64,000 nucleotides of DNA. Source: an uncultured Alphaproteobacteria bacterium (lineage in GTDB: Bacteria; Pseudomonadota; Alphaproteobacteria; Rs-D84). Shown here piece after piece: positions 20,366-30,668 of this stretch. The stretch lies in NCBI GenBank assembly GCA_949878575.1, contig CATLAX010000001.1, positions 99,214 to 163,213 on the forward strand, given 5' to 3'. The notes beneath the pieces were generated by a model. That model worked only from the letters and a program-made list of their open reading frames with translations. It searched no databases and was not told the DNA's origin. A program made the translations under genes and the position numbers. Positions within the stretch are counted from its first letter, which is position 1; the number at the start of each line of letters is the position of its first letter.

Positions 20366-21049
20366 TTATGCAGTGATTTTTGCAATGAATTCGTTATGCG
20401 CGGCCAGTTCTTCCGGGCGGGGCGGAAAAGAGCGGTGCGGAAAATTGCCGCCGATTTTCGGATGCGCCAGAAAGGCCTGATGCTGGGTGGCGATGATTTC
20501 CGTTATGTCCGGCGCGGGCGCGGTGTTTTCCAGTTCCAGATACACCTTTGCCAGAATTTCAGAGTCAATTAAGGCGCCGTGTGCGTCCGCGCGCGCCGTT
20601 AGCGATATTCCGTACCATTTGGCCAGCGCGTCCAGGGTATAGCTTTTTGGGCCGAACACCCGGTTGCGCGCCAGGACAAGCGAGTCTATCTGTTGTGTGC
20701 GCGGAATCTGGGGCAGGCCCAGTTTGGACAGTTCGTAATTCATAAACGGAAAGTCAAAGTCCGCGCCGTTGTGCGCGACAACCGGGGAATCCGCGATGAA
20801 TTCCAAAAACGCCGGCGCCACCGCGGCCATTTTTGGCTTGTCTTCCAAAAACGCGTTTGAAATTTTATGAACCATGTATGAATCCGGCGGAATGATTTTT
20901 CCATCGGGGTTTATGTATTCGTGAAAAGTTTTGTCCGTGATAACGCCGTCTATTATTTCCACGGCACCGATTTCAATGCACCGGTCGCCGCGCATGTATT
21001 CCAGGCCGGTCGTTTCAATGTCAAAACAAATAACACGCTTCATTTCCAT
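20366..21049 (-). CDS. dnaQ: DNA polymerase III epsilon subunit
   Basis: FDIETTG, VAHNGADFD, HGALIDSEILAKVYLEL. Confidence 0.93.
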   Translation of the reverse strand: MEMKRVICFDIETTGLEYMRGDRCIEIGAVEIIDGVITDKTFHEYINPDGKIIPPDSYMVHKISNAFLEDKPKMAAVAPAFLEFIADSPVVAHNGADFDFPFMNYELSKLGLPQIPRTQQIDSLVLARNRVFGPKSYTLDALAKWYGISLTARADAHGALIDSEILAKVYLELENTAPAPDITEIIATQHQAFLAHPKIGGNFPHRSFPPRPEELAAHNEFIAKITA

Positions 21050-21086
21050 TTCTCTTTGATAACAAAACTTTGTGTATTATAATGCG

Positions 21087-23174
21087 ATGGTGAATTTAAT
21101 GCTAGAAAATCTTAACGACGCACAGCGCGCCGCCGTCACCACGACAGAGGGGCCGCTGCTGGTGCTGTCCGGGGCGGGAACGGGCAAGACGCGGGTGCTG
21201 ACCACGCGGGTTGCGTATATTTTGCAATCCGGTCTGGCCATGCCGTGGCAGGTCTTGGCGCTGACCTTTACCAACAAGGCCGCGAACGAGATGAAGGCAC
21301 GTATCGCCGCATTTGCAGAAAGCGGCGGCGTCGCGTCGCGCGACCTGTGGTGCGGAACGTTCCATTCCATTGCGCTGCGTATACTGCGGGCGAATGCAGA
21401 TGCCGCGGGCCTGCGCCGTGATTTTATCGTGTACGGCGACGACGATCAAAAGGCGGTTGTGAAAAATGTTCTGGCCGCGATGGGAATGTCCACAAAAACG
21501 CCGGCGGAATATGTGGAACGCTTTTCGGCCGTCAAAGACCGGGGACTGGCCGCGGCCGGCTGCGACGACAAGATTTTTCTGGCGTACAATGAGGAGCTGG
21601 CCCGTCTGGGGGCGGTGGATTTCGGTGACATTATTTTAAAGGTTCTGCAACTGTTTGACGCGCGGCCCGATATTTTGCAGCGGTATCAAAATCAGTTCAA
21701 ATATATTCTGGTGGACGAGTTTCAGGATACAAATCATGCCCAGATGGAATTTCTGGAAATGCTGACGCGCGGGGCGGCGGCGCCGAACATATGCTGTGTC
21801 GGTGATGACGACCAGTCCATTTATTCGTGGCGCGGTGCGGAAATTCGCCACATTTTAAATTTTGACAAAACATTTGCCGGCGCGGGCGTTATACGCCTGG
21901 AAACAAATTACCGCAGCACGCCGAATATTTTGGGGGCGGCAAATTCGCTGATACGGCATAACCGCGGGAGACTTGGCAAAGATTTGCGCAGTGCGGACGA
22001 TGCCGCGGCCGGCGAACCGGTATATGTTTTAACCGTCCCTGGCGACTGGGACGAGGCGCGTGTTGTTGCCGATGCGATTGTTCGTGACGGCGAGGCGGAC
22101 TATGGGGCGTTCGCGGTGCTGATAAGGGCCGGGGCCCTGTCGCGGCTGTTTGAAGAGGAATTTGCGCGCCGCGGTATCCCGTACCGTTTGATAGGCGCGA
22201 CAAAGTTTTACGACCGCACGGAAATCCGTGACGCGATTGCGTATATCCGCTTAATGGTGTACCGGTTTGACGATGTTTCTTTTCAGCGCATAATCGGCAG
22301 GCCGCGGCGCGGGTTTGGCGGGGCGGCGCTGGACAAAATGCGCGCATGCGGCGGGGACCTGATGTCGGGGCTGATAAACGCGCAATTTACCGTGAAACAG
22401 CGCGCGGCCGCTGATGACTTCTTAAACGCGTTTGATTTTGACTGGGCCGCAATGCCCCCGGCCGAGGCGGCGCAGACATTGTTGGAACGCGCAGGTTACC
22501 TAAAAATGTGGCGCGAATCCAAGGATACGGATGCCCCTGACCGGCTGGACAATCTGCGCGAGCTGTTTACGAACGTTATCGCAAAGTACGACACGCTGGC
22601 GGATTTTCTGGAACAGGCCGCGTTAATGATGACCGATGACGACGCCGATGCGGCGGCAATGGGGGCCGCCGTCAGCATAATGACAATTCATGCCGCCAAA
22701 GGGCTGGAATTTGACACGGTGTTTCTGCCCGCCTGGGAAGAGGGGATATTCCCCAACGACAAAACGGTGGAGGAGGGCGCACTGGAAGAAGAGCGCAGGC
22801 TGGCCTATGTCGCGATTACGCGCGCGCGGCGCCGGGCGGTTATAATAAACGCAATGTCGCGGCGTTTGTTCGGCGAACAGAAATATAATTCCCCCAGCCG
22901 GTTTATTGACGAGATGGACGAGCGCTATCTGGATTTTCAGGGCGGGGCCCCGCGCGGCGCGCGAATGTCGGAAAACCGGATTCCAACATCTTATGGGGTG
23001 CGGCGTCGGCAGTCGCGCGCAGTGGCGCGGGAAAGTGCGGTCGGGCGTCTGGTCGCGCATGTTGAAATGGGCCGCGGTGTCGTGATAGAGGATGCGGGCG
23101 AAATTTTAACCGTTGCATTTAAAGAGCGCGGAATAAAAAAGGTCGCACGGCAGTATTTGTCGTTTGAATCTTAA
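21087..23174 (+). CDS. uvrD: UvrD/PcrA ATP-dependent DNA helicase
   Basis: LSGAGTGKTRVL, VDEFQDTN, VGDDDQSIYSWRGA, NYRS, MTIHAAKGLEF, EEERRLAYVAITRA; start may be 21099. Confidence 0.93.
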   Translation: MVNLMLENLNDAQRAAVTTTEGPLLVLSGAGTGKTRVLTTRVAYILQSGLAMPWQVLALTFTNKAANEMKARIAAFAESGGVASRDLWCGTFHSIALRILRANADAAGLRRDFIVYGDDDQKAVVKNVLAAMGMSTKTPAEYVERFSAVKDRGLAAAGCDDKIFLAYNEELARLGAVDFGDIILKVLQLFDARPDILQRYQNQFKYILVDEFQDTNHAQMEFLEMLTRGAAAPNICCVGDDDQSIYSWRGAEIRHILNFDKTFAGAGVIRLETNYRSTPNILGAANSLIRHNRGRLGKDLRSADDAAAGEPVYVLTVPGDWDEARVVADAIVRDGEADYGAFAVLIRAGALSRLFEEEFARRGIPYRLIGATKFYDRTEIRDAIAYIRLMVYRFDDVSFQRIIGRPRRGFGGAALDKMRACGGDLMSGLINAQFTVKQRAAADDFLNAFDFDWAAMPPAEAAQTLLERAGYLKMWRESKDTDAPDRLDNLRELFTNVIAKYDTLADFLEQAALMMTDDDADAAAMGAAVSIMTIHAAKGLEFDTVFLPAWEEGIFPNDKTVEEGALEEERRLAYVAITRARRRAVIINAMSRRLFGEQKYNSPSRFIDEMDERYLDFQGGAPRGARMSENRIPTSYGVRRRQSRAVARESAVGRLVAHVEMGRGVVIEDAGEILTVAFKERGIKKVARQYLSFES

Positions 23175-23179
23175 AACGA

Positions 23180-24493
23180 TTATTTCTTTTTTGACTGGCG
23201 GTATGCGCGCCAGTATTTTTGACCCTGTTTGTAGGCGTTTTGGGTAAGGCGCGTTATGTCCTTGCCCAGCTGTTGGCCGATGGAATCGTCAACACTGCCG
23301 CCGATGTCGCCGGCAATGTCTTTTAGTTTGTTCGCCAAATATCCCACCAACAGCACCACGAGCAGGGTGATTACAAAATCCTGGTTGTCAAGCGACGGCA
23401 CGGACGCGGCCAGGTTCGCGTCTATCACGCCGGATAGCAGCGCCGTGCACAGCGCAATCACCATCGCAAGCGATACAAAGAAAATGGCGGCGTTTATAAA
23501 GCGGCCTATCTGTGATGACAGCGACGCCGGTTTGAACAGCGACAGAAAACCGTTAAAGACCGTTCCGGCGATGCCCTTGTACGATGTCTTGCCGACGGTT
23601 TCCGCAATCGCCGTAAACGGGAGCAAAAATATTGTCAAAAACAAATCCGCAATCACGCCCATCGCCATCAGCGCGAATTTCCACAGATTTATTAAAGACA
23701 CGACTATGAACACGGCGCCGACGAAAAACGTAAATGCGCTGGACCCGATGCCGGCCAGCATCCATTTCCATCCGGCCGCAATGGACGTATAGAAAAATCC
23801 GGACATCCGTGTCGGCAGACACATTAAATCCGCGGCCGCCGCGGCGTCAATGGCGGCGTTGCCGGATATGTTGGCGGCCGCGTATTCACGGATTGCGCCG
23901 CATGTATCCGGCAGCGTCGCGCCAGCGACGGATGTGACGGCGTTTAGTATCAAATCGGCCATATACGTGCCGACTGTTATAATCGGCCCCATTATCCACA
24001 TGAAAATTTTTGCCGGGCCGGCGTTGATAATAATCAGCCATACCGTAATCATAAAGCCCTTCTTTACGATGTTTTCCACGGACTTTTTCACGTCCAGGGT
24101 GCCGGTAATCATCTGGTATGCTTCAAATCCCGTCCAGAATGTGAACGCGATAAGTATAAATATTGTTATAAACCGTATCAGCGACATGTCCAGAACATGC
24201 CCGATAAGAGCCATGCCGTTTATAAAGGCCAGCCCAACCTTTGCCTCTATCGGAACATAATCCGCGACCTGTTGGTTTTGAAAACCGGATTGAAAGAAAT
24301 CCATGTCCTGGGACAGGGTAGATGTAAAAACCTCTCGGTTGTGGTCTGTCGCCCATCGGCCGTAATCGCCGACATCGCCGCCGGCCGCACCGGGCAGGTT
24401 GTCCGCGGCAATCGCGCCGGGGATAATCAGCGCGATACCAAAAAGGCATATGATAATTTTTGAAAAAATTCTGCGAATACTCATTTTTATCAT
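23180..24493 (-). CDS. polytopic membrane protein, VirB6/TrbL-like (paralogue 1)
   Basis: multi-TM, periplasmic Cys pair, ADLFLTIFLLPF core, basic C-terminus; resembles its neighbours. Confidence 0.55.
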   Translation of the reverse strand: MIKMSIRRIFSKIIICLFGIALIIPGAIAADNLPGAAGGDVGDYGRWATDHNREVFTSTLSQDMDFFQSGFQNQQVADYVPIEAKVGLAFINGMALIGHVLDMSLIRFITIFILIAFTFWTGFEAYQMITGTLDVKKSVENIVKKGFMITVWLIIINAGPAKIFMWIMGPIITVGTYMADLILNAVTSVAGATLPDTCGAIREYAAANISGNAAIDAAAAADLMCLPTRMSGFFYTSIAAGWKWMLAGIGSSAFTFFVGAVFIVVSLINLWKFALMAMGVIADLFLTIFLLPFTAIAETVGKTSYKGIAGTVFNGFLSLFKPASLSSQIGRFINAAIFFVSLAMVIALCTALLSGVIDANLAASVPSLDNQDFVITLLVVLLVGYLANKLKDIAGDIGGSVDDSIGQQLGKDITRLTQNAYKQGQKYWRAYRQSKKK

Positions 24494-25929
24494 GCCTTTT
24501 TGCCGGCCGCCTTTGCTATGGCGTCAAATATCTGGGTTGGGGCGGACCAAATCTTTTTGCCAAGCGCCTTGGTCCATGCGCCGAAATCAAACTGTTCGCC
24601 AAACGGTTTGACCAGAATCTGGTCTATGCGCGGCGAGACCACGTAATAATACAGCAGGAACAGGCCTATCATTAACATTATAAAATCCCAGCCGTCGTCC
24701 ATAAAGTCAAAGGCGCCTGGATATTTTTGCTCAACCTGGGCGCGGCGTTGGACAAAGCATTCCTTGAATTTGTCGCCGTCAACCTCGCCATCGGTCAGCG
24801 ACACGCGTTCACAGTCTGAAAACACTTTCATGACGGACAGTGTCTGCATGTCCGGATTTTCCGGCGCGACCCCCGGCATCGGCGGCATTATGGAGTTATA
24901 ACCGTCGGCCGGCCCGGGAAAGTACGCGTCGGCGGCGTACGACACGGTTGCGTACAGTATTAAAACCTTTAATGTTATCGCGATGGTTTGAACCGCGGCT
25001 TCCACTATTTTGTTAATGGCGTTGCCGGTCAGCCTTGACGCCATGGACCACGTCTTTTCAAACGCGGACGCGGCCAGCAGAAACGGTAAGAATATTATTA
25101 TGAATATCAGCTTGAACACAACGGACAGGACCTTGAAGAACAGGTCAAATCCTATGATTAAAAATATTATTACCAGGCTTAATCCCGCAATCCATGTGAA
25201 CAGGCCGCCACCCATGCCCAGCCATGCATAGTTCATTAACGCAAAACCGCCCGCGGCGCCCGCCAGCATGACACTGTTCAAATTTCCGATTACGCACATA
25301 AACGGCCCCATCACCGGATTTAGCACGTCGCCCGCGTCATCCGCCGCCGCCCGCAGTGCATCGCACTGTGATGCGCCGACTGTTCCCGTCGCCGCCATTG
25401 ACAGTTCGGCGCCGGTGTACATTATCGGTGTGATTGTAATGTTTGCAACCGTTTTCAGCGCGGACGTGCCGCCCATGCCGATTGCGCCGATTAATACGCC
25501 GACGAACATTATCCGCGCGCCCTGGCGCCAGATTTTGTCAAACCATGACTTGAATTCCAGTTTCTTTTCCGCGCCGTCCAGTTTGGCCGTCTGCTGGGCC
25601 GCGGAAAACAGATGACGAATTGTTTCTATGAATATAAAGACGCCGAATCCCACGGCCAGCAGTATCCACAGGCCGTTTACGACCAGTTCCCAGAACATTT
25701 CCGTCGCCCGGCCGATAACCCCGAACAGCTCTGATACGTATCCGCACATAAAGCATCCCGGCGCGTCGCCGATATTGCCGTCTGCACCGATTGCGGACAT
25801 GAAATTGTCCATGCTGGTATACGTCAGGGCGTCGCCCCCAATTGACGACGACAGGTACCATATGCCGATGCCCAGTGCAATCGCACCCATTATTAAACGA
25901 ACGGCAATCATAATCAGTGTGGACTTCAT
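24490..25929 (-). CDS. polytopic membrane protein, VirB6/TrbL-like (paralogue 2)
   Basis: GCFMC motif, multi-TM, FKLIFIIIFLPF core. Confidence 0.55.
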   Translation of the reverse strand: MKSTLIMIAVRLIMGAIALGIGIWYLSSSIGGDALTYTSMDNFMSAIGADGNIGDAPGCFMCGYVSELFGVIGRATEMFWELVVNGLWILLAVGFGVFIFIETIRHLFSAAQQTAKLDGAEKKLEFKSWFDKIWRQGARIMFVGVLIGAIGMGGTSALKTVANITITPIMYTGAELSMAATGTVGASQCDALRAAADDAGDVLNPVMGPFMCVIGNLNSVMLAGAAGGFALMNYAWLGMGGGLFTWIAGLSLVIIFLIIGFDLFFKVLSVVFKLIFIIIFLPFLLAASAFEKTWSMASRLTGNAINKIVEAAVQTIAITLKVLILYATVSYAADAYFPGPADGYNSIMPPMPGVAPENPDMQTLSVMKVFSDCERVSLTDGEVDGDKFKECFVQRRAQVEQKYPGAFDFMDDGWDFIMLMIGLFLLYYYVVSPRIDQILVKPFGEQFDFGAWTKALGKKIWSAPTQIFDAIAKAAGKKA

Positions 25930-27119
25930 TTCTTATCGCCGCCCTTTATTATTGTTGCGCCAACCTTTTTTGCGGTGTCCGCCACCAGCGACGTCAGACG
26001 CATCGCATCGTTGGCCAGCTGTTCGCTAAGCGCGGTTTCCGAATCAACATCAAACGCGCCAAGCACCATTTTTGTTACCTGCGGAATCTGGGAATATATG
26101 TAGTTTAGCACATACACCAGGACTATTGCACTGGCCAGTGTTATCTGGGCAAGGTTGTCTTCGCTTAAATCCGCGGCAAAAACCTCGCCGTTGTTAATGA
26201 GCGTCATTAGTTCCGCGGACGACGTGCCGGATGCGGAAAAGAATTTTGCGATTATCACCATTATGACGGTATATGTCAAAACCGCCGCCGCCAGGCCGAT
26301 TATGGCGTTTATTACCTTTTTAAGCTGTTTTGTGCCGATGTTCTTGCCGATGCCCGCCAGCCATTGCGGCGCATCCGCGCCCTTGAACGCGACCAGCGTT
26401 AAAGACAGCGGGAAAAAGAAAGCAAAAAACGTCATTGCAACTATCACATCGGCAAAGTAAAAGCAGAACCGGACAAACAGTTTGAAAAAGCCGTAAACAA
26501 GGTATATGCCGCACAACAGTATTAGTATGTGTTTTATCAGGTCGCCGATGCTGAACAGCGCCTGCCATGAAAACGCATTGTCTATGACAGCGATGCCCAG
26601 TTTTATATACGACTGGAACTGTGTGATGGTAGTCTTCATCACCATTATGATTTTATCGCGCAAGTGGGGACGGTAAAATCCGTCGTCCGACATCTGCATG
26701 GGCTGGTACGTGACCTGTTCGTTGACTGTCTGCGCGTCCGTCTGCAATACGTTCTGGGTGTATATGGCGGTTATTTCCGCAACCGGTTCAAACGTGATTG
26801 TCGTTATAAAGCGCGGCAGCATCACGCCCAGCCCCAGCAGGGAAAACGCGACCAGTGAATTTATTAGGACAGGCTTTATTGACTTCTGATAAAACGGGTC
26901 TGTAACGCCGCCGCGGATATTTTTCCATACCGCGTTTATGGTATAAAATGCAAACAGCACGCAGAACAAAATCGCACAGAATACAACGAATTTGTTGTAC
27001 ACCGCCGCGGCAGATGTTGATACCACCTGAAACAGGCGGTCAAAAACCGGACAGCCCCAGCACTGCACGCTATTGTCTATCAAAGGGTTCATCATGCCGT
27101 TCATTTCTTTGCAAACCAC
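25926..27119 (-). CDS. polytopic membrane protein, VirB6/TrbL-like (paralogue 3)
   Basis: CWGC motif, multi-TM, FADVIVAMTFFAFFFPL core; true start may be about 27098. Confidence 0.55.
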   Translation of the reverse strand: MVCKEMNGMMNPLIDNSVQCWGCPVFDRLFQVVSTSAAAVYNKFVVFCAILFCVLFAFYTINAVWKNIRGGVTDPFYQKSIKPVLINSLVAFSLLGLGVMLPRFITTITFEPVAEITAIYTQNVLQTDAQTVNEQVTYQPMQMSDDGFYRPHLRDKIIMVMKTTITQFQSYIKLGIAVIDNAFSWQALFSIGDLIKHILILLCGIYLVYGFFKLFVRFCFYFADVIVAMTFFAFFFPLSLTLVAFKGADAPQWLAGIGKNIGTKQLKKVINAIIGLAAAVLTYTVIMVIIAKFFSASGTSSAELMTLINNGEVFAADLSEDNLAQITLASAIVLVYVLNYIYSQIPQVTKMVLGAFDVDSETALSEQLANDAMRLTSLVADTAKKVGATIIKGGDKK

Positions 27120-28411
27120 TTTGCCACTTTTTTACCGAACGTGCCGGCCTTTGCCATTTTGCCGGTCCAGTCCTTGGTGTTTTTCCATGTCTTTTTGGCG
27201 TCGCCTGTTACATTCCTGTACAAGGTGTCTTTGGCCGGGGCGTACATTTTCAAGCGTTCGCGTGTCAAATCAAATATCCGCAGCATCAGATAAAATGTCA
27301 GTATCGCCGACATCCACATAACTGAATGTTCGCCGAATCCGGCGCCGTTGTTCGCAACCTGGGGAACATTGGATGCGGCCGAACCACCGGCGGCAACCAC
27401 AAAAACTGAGCTGTTCCAGTTAAACAGCGCGCGGACAACCGCAACGTTTATTGTTAAAATAAACGCGCATGCAATCATTGTTATAACCAGAGTCTGCAGA
27501 GCCTTTGTTATTCCGGAAAACGCCGGCCATACGTCAAACCAGAGATCCGGATTTTTAGGCTTTGCAACCCATGTCAAAACCTGAAACGGATACAGTATCA
27601 GCGCCATGCCCAAATCAAATATCGCCTGAATAATAAGAAGGGCCATGAACAGGTTGCATCCGACGAACGTTGTCACCAGCAATATGCCGGATATTAGGTT
27701 CATGAAATCCTGGCCCCCGTGCGGAATCAGCGTAATAAGACCGCGCAGGCCCTGGTGTATGAAGTCAAAGCCGCGTTTTATCATCTGGTTGTTTACATTG
27801 CTGATGTCGGCGACGGGCTGGGTTAAAAAATTGCAGCTGCGTTCGGAAATCCATCCCTGGGCGACAATGTCCGGCGGGCATTCAACGGGCGCCGCTGACG
27901 CCGCGGCGACGCCGCCCGCATTTATTCCATCCGTGATGGCGTGTGTATAGATGGCCCCGAATTCCAAAAACGGATTGACCAGCCATTCCGTTACGTATAC
28001 CGGCTTTATCTGCAGCAATATCGCCGCCGCTATTATGGCGCGCAGGCCCGGCTTCAACATGTTCTGGGCGATTGTCATGCCGTCCGCCTTGCCGGCGGCC
28101 ATTTCGCCCCCGCCGGAGAATCCAAAGAACGATACCCATTTCGCCGGAAAGTACATCTTTACCAGATACAGGCTCATTGATATTGCCAGAAAACCCCATA
28201 TCAATATATATATGATACCGTCGCCGTTGCCGACAAAAAATTCGTACCCGCCGGTTGCAACCGTCATGAACGCATCCAGTACCAGCGGTACAAACGGCGC
28301 CAGGTTAAAGCTGTCCACGATGCCCCATGCGGCGTGCGCGGATGCGGGTGCAAACATTAATACAGCGGCCGCGACAACCGGTAAGATTTTCAACAATTTT
28401 TTCATGCGCAT
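27101..28411 (-). CDS. polytopic membrane protein, VirB6/TrbL-like (paralogue 4)
   Basis: signal peptide, multi-TM, FDLGMALILYPFQVLTWV core. Confidence 0.55.
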   Translation of the reverse strand: MRMKKLLKILPVVAAAVLMFAPASAHAAWGIVDSFNLAPFVPLVLDAFMTVATGGYEFFVGNGDGIIYILIWGFLAISMSLYLVKMYFPAKWVSFFGFSGGGEMAAGKADGMTIAQNMLKPGLRAIIAAAILLQIKPVYVTEWLVNPFLEFGAIYTHAITDGINAGGVAAASAAPVECPPDIVAQGWISERSCNFLTQPVADISNVNNQMIKRGFDFIHQGLRGLITLIPHGGQDFMNLISGILLVTTFVGCNLFMALLIIQAIFDLGMALILYPFQVLTWVAKPKNPDLWFDVWPAFSGITKALQTLVITMIACAFILTINVAVVRALFNWNSSVFVVAAGGSAASNVPQVANNGAGFGEHSVMWMSAILTFYLMLRIFDLTRERLKMYAPAKDTLYRNVTGDAKKTWKNTKDWTGKMAKAGTFGKKVAKWFAKK

Positions 28412-28468
28412 ATATTTATTGTTTTCAATTATATCATATTTGGTGCAAAATGTGATATAGTTAAAGTA

Positions 28469-29764
28469 ATGAGCGGCCTAAAAAAATTTTGGATTGTGTT
28501 TTTATCGTTTCTGCCACTGTCGGCCGGGGCTGTGGCGCCGCTGGTGGTGGGGGGAATCGCGGGGGCGGTGTCAATCGTCGGGTTTTCCATATACCGTTCC
28601 ATGTCGCCGGTGAACATGGCGGACGCGTTGGCCTTCTTTTCCAGTTGCTGGTCATGCCAGATGTTCGGCGACGTGATGGCGTCAATGTCCGTTCTGCTGC
28701 CAAAGGCGTATCATGCAATAGGGCTGGTCGTGATACCGTTTGCGGCGGGGCTTTCCGGGGTGTGGATTGCGTGGAAGCTGTTTTCGGGACTGTTGAACGC
28801 AAAGGTGGAGCAGCCGTGGTCTGTTACCGGCGATTTCGGGGTGCATATGTTAAAGCTGGCGGTGGTGTGCGTTGCGCTGGCCGCGCCGCTGCCACGAATG
28901 ATAAGTGATATTGTTATTCAGCCCGTATTTACCGTTGGCCTGTCTATAAATCACGTGGCGGCAGACATGGCCGGGGAAAACAAGTTTAACGAATGCGTTG
29001 TCGCAACAGCGGTCGCGGACCCTGTTACGGTTGATTCGCGCGCGGCCGCGTCCGGCGCGTTTTCGCCGATGCTGCGCCATAATCTGGCGTGCGAGGTTGG
29101 AAATGTCCATCAGATAACCGGACTTGGCATGACGGTCGGGTGGACCATGATGAACATGGCGTTTAATTCCGATTACATGCATACGATAATGTGGGGGCTG
29201 CCGATATTTCCGAACATTCCCATGTTTTTCTTTGGGCTGATGATAATAGTTCTCTTCTTTTTTGCCCTGTTGCCGATACCCATATATTTTCTGGAGATTT
29301 TTATAAAGCTGTCAATGGATTTGATAATGCTGCCGCTGATGGCGCTAAGCTGGCTGTTTTCCGGGTGGAAAATTTTTCCGAACGGCGGCCGGTCAATAAA
29401 GGACATGATAAACGACGTTGTTCAGGGAACGGTCGGAATCGCTTTAACCGGTGTGTTTTTAACGTTTTCCGTAATGTTTCTTAACGCGTTGTTCGGCAAC
29501 TGGGGCGGGGCGTCGCGGTTAAAGGCGGCGCTGGATGCGAACGATTCGCATTTGCTGATTGACGGACTGATGATGCGCAACGACAGTCTGATAACAATAA
29601 TATTAATGGGAATATTTATAGCCATGTTTATGACGATGATTCCCGCGCTGGTCAAGACTTTGTTCAATGTCCAGATATCCGACAAGTTCTATCAGGATAC
29701 GAAGAAGAACCTAAACACCATGTGGAAAAATATTAAAAAATGGAACAAGGTGTTAAAAAAATAA
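28469..29764 (+). CDS. polytopic membrane protein, VirB6/TrbL-like (paralogue 5, divergently transcribed)
   Basis: CWSC motif, multi-TM, IKLSMDLIMLPLMALSWLF core. Confidence 0.55.
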   Translation: MSGLKKFWIVFLSFLPLSAGAVAPLVVGGIAGAVSIVGFSIYRSMSPVNMADALAFFSSCWSCQMFGDVMASMSVLLPKAYHAIGLVVIPFAAGLSGVWIAWKLFSGLLNAKVEQPWSVTGDFGVHMLKLAVVCVALAAPLPRMISDIVIQPVFTVGLSINHVAADMAGENKFNECVVATAVADPVTVDSRAAASGAFSPMLRHNLACEVGNVHQITGLGMTVGWTMMNMAFNSDYMHTIMWGLPIFPNIPMFFFGLMIIVLFFFALLPIPIYFLEIFIKLSMDLIMLPLMALSWLFSGWKIFPNGGRSIKDMINDVVQGTVGIALTGVFLTFSVMFLNALFGNWGGASRLKAALDANDSHLLIDGLMMRNDSLITIILMGIFIAMFMTMIPALVKTLFNVQISDKFYQDTKKNLNTMWKNIKKWNKVLKK

Positions 29765-29832
29765 AAAATCAAGTCCTTTATTTAACCGGGGGGGCTTTTT
29801 TGTATATTCCGAATCTGATATAATTCATAGCA

Positions 29833-30342
29833 ATGAAGACGTTTCCGATTCTTTACTGGCCGCGCGAAACAAAGGGTGATAACGAATATCACCTGGCGCG
29901 CAGGGTTATCAGTGCCGCGACCGGCGTTATGCCGCAGCTGGCGGGCGGTCAGATGGATTTGGCCCGTATATTTGCGCAGAACCCCGATGCATCCGTATAT
30001 TATCCGGTGTTTTGCGAATCCACCGGATGGTGGGGGGAGCTGCTGGGGGGGGATGCCGCAGTGACAGACAAGGTGATTATTTCCCCGGAATGCCAGCTGA
30101 TGGTGATAGAGGCGCGCGCCCCGCGCGCACGCCGCGGCGCGACGCAGTTGCTGGCGGCGGAGATATATCCGGCCAGCGGCTTTTTCAAAAAAATGAATTC
30201 CAACATCGCCACGGTCTCCGATATGCTGGCAACGGACACGGGAACGATTCTGGCGTTGTTTGCGGGACGCAACCCGGCGCCTTTTATCAGCGTTTTGGAA
30301 TCCACGGGGAATTCATACCTGGGGTGCATCGGACGATATTAG
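29833..30342 (+). CDS. hypothetical protein
   Basis: 169 aa ORF with normal composition and a TATAAT-like site upstream. Confidence 0.65.
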   Translation: MKTFPILYWPRETKGDNEYHLARRVISAATGVMPQLAGGQMDLARIFAQNPDASVYYPVFCESTGWWGELLGGDAAVTDKVIISPECQLMVIEARAPRARRGATQLLAAEIYPASGFFKKMNSNIATVSDMLATDTGTILALFAGRNPAPFISVLESTGNSYLGCIGRY

Positions 30343-30419
30343 GGATTGCTTAATATCGCTTGATTTTTGGAAAAATCCTTGTATAATCTGCACGCTAAAA
30401 ACTATAAAAGGGTATTGCT

Positions 30420-30632
30420 ATGAAAAAAGGTATTCATCCCGAGTATCATGAAATTAACGTCACGATGACAGACGGGAAAACTGTAAAAATGTATTCTTCG
30501 GTTAAAAAGGACCTGATTTTGTCCACGGACAATTTGAACCATTCCGCCTGGACCGGCCAGCGCAGCAATGCCGGCGACAAGGGTCAGCGCGCCAGCCAGT
30601 TCAAAAGCAAGTTTGCAGGATTTAAGTTTTAA
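30420..30632 (+). CDS. rpmE: 50S ribosomal protein L31
   Basis: MKKGIHPEYHEINVTMTDG...HSAWTG...FKSKF. Confidence 0.95.
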   Translation: MKKGIHPEYHEINVTMTDGKTVKMYSSVKKDLILSTDNLNHSAWTGQRSNAGDKGQRASQFKSKFAGFKF

Positions 30633-30668
30633 TAAATTTACAACAAGCGGGGGCGGGGGCCGCGCATT

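Noticed and set aside
30420-30632. Zinc-free L31 as a special paralogue
   Set aside because: Cys-free L31 is normal in alphaproteobacteria
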